From Longimicrobiales bacterium (GTDB taxonomy: Bacteria; Gemmatimonadota; Gemmatimonadetes; Longimicrobiales; Gaopeijiaceae): a stretch of 64,000 bases of DNA. The position numbers and the translations under genes are program-made. A model generated the notes under the pieces. The model had not been told where the DNA came from, searched no databases, and worked only from the letters and a program-made list of their open reading frames with translations. Shown here piece after piece: positions 19,961-27,200 of the stretch. Location of the stretch: NCBI GenBank assembly GCA_965203485.1, contig OZ241892.1:768001-832000 (forward strand), given 5' to 3'. Position 1 is the first letter of the stretch, and each line of letters opens with the position of its first letter.

Positions 19961-21217
19961 TCACGGCCCCATCGCCCCCACCGGGATTATGCCGACTCGT
20001 CCGTTCGGAACCGCGCCGTAGCCGTTTGGAACGATGACGGCCAGCGCGGCCGGCTCGCCGTAGTTGCTGCTGGTCTTCATGCGGTCCGCGACTCTTGCGA
20101 GATTGGCCATCCCTTCCTTGATCCGGCGCTCGCCCAGCTTGATCTCGAAGGCCGCCCACCTGCCATGGCCGTCTTCGACGATGGCGTCCACTTCCAGGCC
20201 GTCCTTTTCCCTGTAGTGGAACACGTGGGCGTCGGCGGCCTGAGCGTAGACTCGGAGGTCCCGAACGACCATGGACTCGAACAACAGGCCGAACGCCTCT
20301 AGGTCGCCCAGCAAGCGGGACGGAACGGCGCGCAACGCCGCCACCGCCAGCGACGGGTCCGCAAAGTGCCTGACGGGCGTGGTTCGCAGGGTGGTTCGAG
20401 AACGCAGATGCGGCGACCACGCCGGTTGGTCTTCCACGATCATGAGGCGCTCCAGAACCTCCAGGTATTCGGCGGCGGTGCTCGCCTTGAAGGCGGATCC
20501 AGCGCCGCGAACATCTCTCGCAAGCGTCGCGACGGCGGTCGGCGTAGCGACGTTGCGGGCCAACGACTGCAACAGCCTGCCGATCTTCACGGGGTCCCGG
20601 CGCTTGTCGCCTGCTTGCCGAACGTCAGCGCGCTGAACCTCCGCCAAGTAGTCCCGGTTGGCTCTCATGGCTTGCGTCAGGTCGTAGCCCAGATTCCCGG
20701 GCCAGCCCCCTGCGCACACCAGTTCCGCAAGGCGGCGAATGGCTAGGCTGGACGGCGCCGACCGTTGCGGTTCTCCCGCCAACAGGCCGGCCAACGACAC
20801 CTCGCCGGTGGACTGTCCCGTCTCGAAGAGCGACATCGGGCGCATCCGCAGTCGGGCAAGCCGGCCTGCGCCCGTATGGCGTGCGATGTCGTCGGCCGGA
20901 ACGACCGAGCCCGTGAGGACGAACTGGCCTGGGGCGCCCCGCCGGTCCACGGTCCGTCGGATGTGGTTCCACACGGCCGGCTTCGTCTGCCATTCGTCGA
21001 CGAGGCGAGGGGTGTCGCCCTCGAGGACTGGCGCGGGATCGACGTCGACCATCTCCCGGGCGGCGGCGTCCACATCCAGGAATACCGCGCTGGCCGCCAC
21101 GGTCTCGGCAGTCGCGGTCTTCCCGCAGGCCTTTGGGCCCTCGACGACGACCGCGCCGGTGGCCGAGAGCCTTTCGGCCAGCTCCGCGTCGACGACTCGG
21201 GGAAGGTACTTCGTCAT
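19961..21217 (-). CDS. AAA+ ATPase with C-terminal DUF4143 (wHTH + PD-(D/E)xK nuclease-like) domain
   Basis: EGPKACGKT, LVDEWQ, FVLTGS, HTGAGR, GGWP, G.LFE..V, HYR...GLEVDAIVE...AFEIKLG. Confidence 0.93.
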   Translation of the reverse strand: MTKYLPRVVDAELAERLSATGAVVVEGPKACGKTATAETVAASAVFLDVDAAAREMVDVDPAPVLEGDTPRLVDEWQTKPAVWNHIRRTVDRRGAPGQFVLTGSVVPADDIARHTGAGRLARLRMRPMSLFETGQSTGEVSLAGLLAGEPQRSAPSSLAIRRLAELVCAGGWPGNLGYDLTQAMRANRDYLAEVQRADVRQAGDKRRDPVKIGRLLQSLARNVATPTAVATLARDVRGAGSAFKASTAAEYLEVLERLMIVEDQPAWSPHLRSRTTLRTTPVRHFADPSLAVAALRAVPSRLLGDLEAFGLLFESMVVRDLRVYAQAADAHVFHYREKDGLEVDAIVEDGHGRWAAFEIKLGERRIKEGMANLARVADRMKTSSNYGEPAALAVIVPNGYGAVPNGRVGIIPVGAMGP

Positions 21218-21267
21218 GCGGAACAAATATGCTCGCGCGTCGGCCGCGGCAAGGCGGACGCGAGTTG

Positions 21268-21376
21268 CAGGGGAAGGATCGGCGAACGATCAGGGGAAGG
21301 ATCGGCGAGAAGTCAGGGGAAGGATCGGCGAAAGAATGGGGACCGGTCGGCGATCCACAAGGGGAAGCCGCGGCAG
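21268..21376. repeat. Direct-repeat array, 18-bp unit CAGGGGAAGGATCGGCGA with about 5-bp variable spacers (3 perfect + 2 degenerate)
   Basis: Identical units at 21268, 21291 and 21314; degenerate units at 21336 and 21359; 50 bp upstream of the ATPase ATG. Confidence 0.92.
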
Positions 21377-21420
21377 GGTCGGCGACCGGCGGACTCGCCG
21401 AAAAGCGGTCCGAAGCGCGA

Positions 21421-21861
21421 TCACGCCGCCGCCAGCGGATCGCGCGTGGGGAGTTCCGGAAAAGCGCGGAAGTCGCGGTCGAGAGTCAGCAGCGCTTCAG
21501 CGCCGTGGGCCAAGCAGAGGGCGGCGACGCGGGCGTCGTGGGCGACGGGTCCCCGCACTTTGGGACGCCTGCACAGCTCGCCGAGGATCTCCAGGAATCC
21601 GTCCGTCTCGCCGAGCAGGCGGTTCGAAGGCGAATCGGTCCATGCGCGAAGCTGGCGCCACGCGTGCTCGGGGGGTGTGGCCGCGTCCTTCCAGATGCGC
21701 CGGTTCGTGACGATGGACAGGAACTCGCAGCAGCACGGCCACGGAATCGCCCACGGGCGGGCTCCCTCGGCCAGCTCCCGCACAAGCTGGCGGGCCGCTC
21801 GGTGGGCGGCCGACTCCCGCCGGTGAGCATACACGAGAATGTTCGTGTCGACTGCGATCAA
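21421..21861 (-). CDS. vapC: VapC-family PIN-domain toxin
   Basis: MIAVDTNILVYAHR, EF..IVT, HDARVAALC, T.DRDF..F. Confidence 0.93.
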   Translation of the reverse strand: MIAVDTNILVYAHRRESAAHRAARQLVRELAEGARPWAIPWPCCCEFLSIVTNRRIWKDAATPPEHAWRQLRAWTDSPSNRLLGETDGFLEILGELCRRPKVRGPVAHDARVAALCLAHGAEALLTLDRDFRAFPELPTRDPLAAA

Positions 21862-21913
21862 AGGGGGCCTCCGGCTTCGGGCGCCGGCCGGCGGTCGTCG
21901 TGCGCGGCGGGCG

Positions 21914-22165
21914 TCACTGGGCGTCGGGGTCTCCGTAGACGACTTCGCTCAGATCTTGCCAAGAATAGGCCGCGAGGGGATCGTGGCCGCACGGCTCGCC
22001 CGTGCTCAGATCGGGGAGTCGATAGGGCCGGGGAGGCGCGCGGGAGGCGTCCAGAGCCATCCGCAGTCCGTCCTCCACCACGGCCCGGAGCGGGCGGCCC
22101 GTCTTCTTGGCGTGTCGTTTGGCGCGGGCCAGCAGGTGGTCGCGAATGTCGATGGTCGTCTTCAT
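21914..22165 (-). CDS. vapB: VapB-type (DUF2191-like RHH) antitoxin
   Basis: MKTTIDIRDHLLARAK..A...GR.LR.VVEDGLR, directly upstream of vapC. Confidence 0.88.
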   Translation of the reverse strand: MKTTIDIRDHLLARAKRHAKKTGRPLRAVVEDGLRMALDASRAPPRPYRLPDLSTGEPCGHDPLAAYSWQDLSEVVYGDPDAQ

Positions 22166-23259
22166 GGTCCCATATTCGCCATACTTTGCAATATGGGCAA
22201 GCCATACAGCAGTTCGCGCCGTCTCGCCTTCGCGTTCTCGGTCGCCGGACTCTCGGACCCTCCGGACAACGTGTTGCGCGGCGGCGGCGCGTGGAGGCCG
22301 GACTCTTCGGCCCGAAGGCGCAGCAGCGCGACCACGATGTCGATCGTCGGCGTGGGGACGCCGGTGAGCTGTCCGAGCTCCTGCACTGCGGCGCCCACGG
22401 CGTCGATCTCCAGCGGGCGTCCCGCCTGCAAGTCCTGGAGCATCGACGTGCGGTGGGCGCCGACCGAGGCGGTTCCGTCGATCCGCTTCTCCAGGCCGAT
22501 GCGAAAACGAATGCCCAGGGCTTCCCCGATCTGCTGGGCTTCGGTCATCATGGCGCGGGCCACGGCGCGGGCGCCGGGATCGCCCGCGATGCGCTCCAGC
22601 GTGGCCAGCGTCAGCGCGCTGATCGGGTTGAACGCGACGTTGCCCCAGAGCTTGACCCAGATCTCGTCCCGGATCGGCTTGACACGGGTCCGAAATCCGG
22701 CGGCGGCCAAGACGCGGGTCAGCGCATCGACTCGCTCGGTCTTCTCGCCGGAAGGCTCGCCCACGACCAACCGGTTCTGCGACCGGTGGCGGATGACGCC
22801 CGGTTCCTCGATTTCCGTGGCCGGGTAGACGGCGCAGCCGATCGCGCGCTCCGGTCCGATGCCGTTCCACTGCGTTCCGCCGGGATCGACGCTCTCCAGC
22901 CGGCGCCCCTCGAAGACGCAGCCCGAACGGTGGAAGTACCACCAGGGAACGCCGTTCTGGGCCGTGACGACCGTCGTGTCCGGTCCCAGCAGAGGCTGCA
23001 TCGCATCGACCGCGGCGGCGCCGGAATGCGCCTTCAGCGTCACGATCACGTAGTCCTGCGGGCCCGCTTCCGCCGGATCGTCCGTGCAGAACGGCGTGGC
23101 GCTCAGCCTTTCGTTCTCGGCGAGCACGGTGACGCCGTCCTTCCGCATGGCCTCCAGGTGCGGTCCCCTGCCGATCAGCGTCGTTTCCACGCCGGACCGG
23201 GCCAAATGCAGGCCTAGAAATCCTCCCGTGGCGCCCGCGCCGAAGACGGCGACTTTCAC
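22162..23259 (-). CDS. Ketopantoate-reductase-family protein (probable oxalyl-CoA reductase, PanE2 type)
   Basis: GTG start overlapping the ligase stop; VKVAVFGAGATG, QNGVPWWYF, IWVKLWGN, HRTSMLQDL. Confidence 0.9.
   Translation of the reverse strand: MKVAVFGAGATGGFLGLHLARSGVETTLIGRGPHLEAMRKDGVTVLAENERLSATPFCTDDPAEAGPQDYVIVTLKAHSGAAAVDAMQPLLGPDTTVVTAQNGVPWWYFHRSGCVFEGRRLESVDPGGTQWNGIGPERAIGCAVYPATEIEEPGVIRHRSQNRLVVGEPSGEKTERVDALTRVLAAAGFRTRVKPIRDEIWVKLWGNVAFNPISALTLATLERIAGDPGARAVARAMMTEAQQIGEALGIRFRIGLEKRIDGTASVGAHRTSMLQDLQAGRPLEIDAVGAAVQELGQLTGVPTPTIDIVVALLRLRAEESGLHAPPPRNTLSGGSESPATENAKARRRELLYGLPILQSMANMGP
22169..22199 (-). promoter_or_regulatory. Probable vapBC promoter/operator
   Basis: AT-rich inverted repeat CCCATATT-N13-AATATGGG; on the minus strand TTGCCC-N17-GAATAT ends 6 nt before the vapB ATG, consistent with a leaderless transcript. 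Confidence 0.55.
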
Positions 23260-24950
23260 TTGGAGCGGCCCGGCCCGTGTCCGGGCTCCCGTTCGGCTTC
23301 CGTCCGGCAGGGGGCGGCCAGCCCGAGGCGCCCGGCGAGATCGGTCCGCCGCAACTTGCCCGAAGGCCCCTTGGGGAGCTGGTCCACGACGAAAAGCTTG
23401 CGGGGCGCCTTGAACGCCGCAAGCCGCTGGGCGGCGAATGCGCGGATGCTCGCCACGGTTGGGGCGTGGGCGCTGCGGCCCCGGCCGCCTCCGCGCTCCC
23501 GCAGCACGACGGCGGCGGCCACTTCTTCGCCCAGCGCCGGGTGCGGCAGGGCGAAGGTCGCGGCCTGCGCCACGGCCGGGTGCTCCATGAGGACGTCGTC
23601 CACTTCCCTGGGAGACACCTTCTCGCCGCCGCGGTTGATGATCTCCTTGATGCGCCCGGTCACCGTGAAGTGTCCGTCCTCGTCGAAGAAGCCCTGGTCG
23701 CCGGTGCGGAACCAACCGCCGGCGAAGGCGGCTCGGTTGGCGGCGGGGTTGCTCTCGTAGCCGGGGGTGACGTTCGGACCCCGGACGACGATCTCGCCGG
23801 CTTCGCCCGGTCCCAGATGGGCGCCGGCCTCGTCCACGACCGACATCTGCGGGCCGGCGGCTGGACCGACGGTGCCAGGCTTGCGGAGGGCGGGCGGAAT
23901 GGGGACGCTCGTCATCTGGTGGGCGGCTTCGGTCATGGCGTAGGATTCCACGACGGGCGCGCCGAAAGTCTCCTCGATGCGGCGGGCCACGGGGCGAGGC
24001 AGGGGAGCCGAAGACGACCGCACGAAGCGCAGGCGGGCTCGGGCCGCCGCCTCGCGGTTCCGTCCGGCGCGGGCCAGCACGGCTTGGTGGATGGCCGGGG
24101 CGGCGGAATACCAGGTCGGGGCGCAGTCGTCCATCCAGCGGAAGAACTTCAGCGCGTCGAAACCGGGCGCGCAGCAGACGGCGGCCCCTGCCGCCAGCGA
24201 TGCCAGCACGCAGGCGACGAGACCGTGCACATGGAAGAGCGGCATGACGTTCAGGCAGCGGTCGCCCGGCGCGAGCGCCAGAGAATCGCGGACGTGCAGG
24301 GCCGAGGCGCACACGTTGCGCTGGAGCAGGGGGACGAGCTTGGGCCGGGACATGGTGCCCGACGTGTGCAGAAGCAGCGCCGCGTCGCTGGCCCGGGGAG
24401 GATCGAACCGCGGCAAGCCGCGCGGGGGACGACCGTCCTCCCTTGCTGTGAGCGGTCCCGGTTGTTGTCGGCGCCGCGATGATGTCGACGTGCCGCCGCG
24501 CCGCTCGGCCGCTTCGGCCGTCGCATCCACAAGGCTGAACGTCCCCGCTGGGTCGTCGCTTCGCACGCGCGTCTCCAGCACGCCGATCCCCAGCGAGGCC
24601 GCGGCCGACCTCGCGGGCGAGCCGCCGCCCTCCGCCACCAAGACTGCCTTGGCCCGCAAGTCCGCCATGTAGAATGCCAGCTCGCGCTCCGTGTACGCCG
24701 GATTCAGCGGCGCCGCCACCGCACCGGCGGCGACCGACAGAAACGCCCCAGCCGCCTCCGGCCCGCCGGGCAAGGCGATGGCCACGCGGTCGCCCCGCCC
24801 GAGGCCTCGTTCGCGAAGCCCCGCAACTGTCCCCTCCACGTGCGCGCGAACTCTGCCGTAAGTCGCCGACGGCCGCCCCGGGGCCGCGAGCGCAACGTCG
24901 CCGCTTGCGCCGGCGTGCAAGAGCTCGAAGATCGTCGAGGGCATGGACAT
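23256..24950 (-). CDS. Acyl-CoA synthetase, probable oxalate--CoA ligase type
   Basis: APLNPAY, LLHTSGTMSRPKLVPL, MPLFHVHGL, ESYAMTEAAHQM, WFRTGDQG, GRIKEIINRGGEKVSPREVD. Confidence 0.9.
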   Translation of the reverse strand: MSMPSTIFELLHAGASGDVALAAPGRPSATYGRVRAHVEGTVAGLRERGLGRGDRVAIALPGGPEAAGAFLSVAAGAVAAPLNPAYTERELAFYMADLRAKAVLVAEGGGSPARSAAASLGIGVLETRVRSDDPAGTFSLVDATAEAAERRGGTSTSSRRRQQPGPLTAREDGRPPRGLPRFDPPRASDAALLLHTSGTMSRPKLVPLLQRNVCASALHVRDSLALAPGDRCLNVMPLFHVHGLVACVLASLAAGAAVCCAPGFDALKFFRWMDDCAPTWYSAAPAIHQAVLARAGRNREAAARARLRFVRSSSAPLPRPVARRIEETFGAPVVESYAMTEAAHQMTSVPIPPALRKPGTVGPAAGPQMSVVDEAGAHLGPGEAGEIVVRGPNVTPGYESNPAANRAAFAGGWFRTGDQGFFDEDGHFTVTGRIKEIINRGGEKVSPREVDDVLMEHPAVAQAATFALPHPALGEEVAAAVVLRERGGGRGRSAHAPTVASIRAFAAQRLAAFKAPRKLFVVDQLPKGPSGKLRRTDLAGRLGLAAPCRTEAEREPGHGPGRSK

Positions 24951-25193
24951 GCCGACCAGAATCGCATCAATGCCGCGTCCCGCCAACTTTCCGTCTTCGC
25001 GGACGCACGCATGATAGCTCCATGGCCGCGTTCCGGCGCGTCGCTCAAGCTTCCGCCTTCCAGCCCTGCGCGCGCGCTGGCCTTGCAAGCCCGCCCGCGG
25101 CCGATCATCTTCATGCCCAAGCTGCGAGGCGCCAGGAGGTTGGATTGGCGTCGTGGCGTCGTGGGCGGCGTCAGAGCCGGAGGATCGACTCAC

Positions 25194-26474
25194 ATGGCCA
25201 AGATCGAAGGAATCAGAGTTGCCAATTACCGGGTTCTCAAGGACGTCACGCTCGGCAAGCTGTGGAACAACCGGAAGGCCCCGCTGACTCCGATGACGGC
25301 GGTCATCGGCAAGAACGGAGTCGGCAAGAGTTCGCTGTTCGACGCCTTGGGATTCCTGGCGGACTGTCTGAAGCTGGGCGTCGAGGAAGCCTGCGACGCG
25401 CGTGGCCGCGGCGGCTTTCGGCGCATCCGGTCCCAGGGAAGCACAGGGCCGATGGAGTTCGAGGTCTATTATAGACAAGACTCCGCGGCTCGTCCCATCA
25501 CCTACGAGCTTGCCATCGACAGCGACGAGTCCGGCCGTCCCTATGTCTCGAGCGAGCGTCTCAGGCAACGACGCAAGGGCCAAAGGCACGGCCGACCGTT
25601 CTCTTTCTTGATCATGAGCGACGGCAGAGGCATGGCCTGGAAGGGCGATGCGCCGGGGCTGGAAGAGATGCCGGACTTGGAAGTGGACAGTCTTCTGACG
25701 TCGGCCAGGGGCGCCGACAACAATGTTGCCGAGGAGAGTGCGTACAGAGAAGAAGTAGTGCTGGAAGACAAGCGAAGATTGGGCATTGCGACCCTGGGTG
25801 CGCTCAAGCAACATCCTCGCGTGTCGTTGTTCCGGCAGTTCGTCGAGGGATGGTACTTGAGCTACTTTGCCCCGGATGCTGCCCGGAGCCTGCCGTTGGC
25901 CGGGCCGCAAAGGCACCTGAGCGTCCGTGGCGACAATCTGGGCAATGTGGTTCAATTCATGGAACGTCGGCATCCCGCGCGATTCAAGAGCATATTGCGA
26001 CGGATCGCCGAAAGGGTGCCGGGCATCGACAAGATCGATACGGATCGAAGCCCGGACGGACGCTTGCTCTTGCGGTTCAACGACAAGGGATTCAAGGATC
26101 CATTCTACGCACAGCAGGTGTCGGACGGAACCTTGAAGTTGTTCGCCTACCTGCTCATAATGGAAGATCCAGCGCCTCCTCCCTTCATCTGCGTTGAAGA
26201 GCCGGAGAATGGTTTGTATCACCAGTTGCTCGAGATTCTCGTTCGCGAGTTTCGCGGTCACGCGACGAAAACGAGAAACGCGTCGCAGATATTCGTCACG
26301 ACGCACCAGCCCTACTTTGTCGACGCGCTCGGCCCGAAGGAAACGTGGATACTCGAAAAGCAAGTCGACGGGTTCGCTGGGATTCGGCGAGCGAGCGACG
26401 ATCCCATCGTTGACGCGATGGTGCAAGAAGGTCTTCCTCTCGGCGGTCTTTGGTATAGCGACTATCTGAATTGA
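25194..26474 (+). CDS. ABC/SMC-like ATPase (AAA_21/AAA_15 type)
   Basis: GKNGVGKS, VSDGTL, ICVEEPENGL, VTTHQP; GGAGG RBS; lower GC than flanks. Confidence 0.92.
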   Translation: MAKIEGIRVANYRVLKDVTLGKLWNNRKAPLTPMTAVIGKNGVGKSSLFDALGFLADCLKLGVEEACDARGRGGFRRIRSQGSTGPMEFEVYYRQDSAARPITYELAIDSDESGRPYVSSERLRQRRKGQRHGRPFSFLIMSDGRGMAWKGDAPGLEEMPDLEVDSLLTSARGADNNVAEESAYREEVVLEDKRRLGIATLGALKQHPRVSLFRQFVEGWYLSYFAPDAARSLPLAGPQRHLSVRGDNLGNVVQFMERRHPARFKSILRRIAERVPGIDKIDTDRSPDGRLLLRFNDKGFKDPFYAQQVSDGTLKLFAYLLIMEDPAPPPFICVEEPENGLYHQLLEILVREFRGHATKTRNASQIFVTTHQPYFVDALGPKETWILEKQVDGFAGIRRASDDPIVDAMVQEGLPLGGLWYSDYLN

Positions 26475-26486
26475 GCGGTTCGGGCG

Positions 26487-27200
26487 ATGCACTTTGAAGT
26501 GTTGGTCGAGGACAAGTCCGGGAGCATCGTGGTCGACCACATGTTGCGAGCCGTCTTGGGCCGGAACGGCGACAATCACACGTGGAGGACGCACGGCTAC
26601 AAGGGTCTGGGGCGACTGCCCAAGGACTTGCGCGGGCGAAGGGATCCGTCGAACCGGCTCCTGCTGGAGCAGTTGCCAAGGGTCCTGCGCGGATATGGCA
26701 AGAGCCTGGCGCGCGACTCGGTGGTGGTGGTGGTGGTTGATCTGGACGATCGAGACTGCGTGGCGTTTAAACGCTGTTTGCTCGGCATCCTTCGGAAATG
26801 CGCGCCAAGGCCACAGGCGATGTTCAGGATCGCCATCGAAGAGATCGAGGCGTGGCTTCTGGGAGATCGGGAGGCGGTGAGATCCGCTTATCCGAACGTC
26901 AAGACGTCCGTGCTCGACGGCTATGTGCAAGATGGCATTTGCGGCACGTGGGAGCGGCTTGCCGACGCGGTGCTTGCGGGCGGATCGGCCGAACTCAAGA
27001 GCGCTGGCTGGCCGGCTTCCGGACGGGCCAAGCTTCAATGGGCGGAGAAGATTGGACCGTTGCTGAGACCGGACCGGAACCGGTCGCCGAGCTGCCGGGC
27101 GTTCGTGGACGGCGTGCGACGGTTGGCGGCAGGCGGCCCGGGTTCGGGCGACGACGCGGAGTGTCAACCCCCTCCCGCCGTCACCCTCCCGCCCACGTAG
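26487..27200 (+). CDS. DUF4276-like TOPRIM-fold partner of the ATPase
   Basis: MHFEVLVED.S, VVDLDDRD, IEEIEAWLLGD, N.SPS...F motifs. Confidence 0.85.
   Translation: MHFEVLVEDKSGSIVVDHMLRAVLGRNGDNHTWRTHGYKGLGRLPKDLRGRRDPSNRLLLEQLPRVLRGYGKSLARDSVVVVVVDLDDRDCVAFKRCLLGILRKCAPRPQAMFRIAIEEIEAWLLGDREAVRSAYPNVKTSVLDGYVQDGICGTWERLADAVLAGGSAELKSAGWPASGRAKLQWAEKIGPLLRPDRNRSPSCRAFVDGVRRLAAGGPGSGDDAECQPPPAVTLPPT

Noticed and set aside
21268..21376. Repeat array as a mini-CRISPR
   Set aside because: Spacers are only about 5 bp, the repeat is not palindromic and no cas genes are present.
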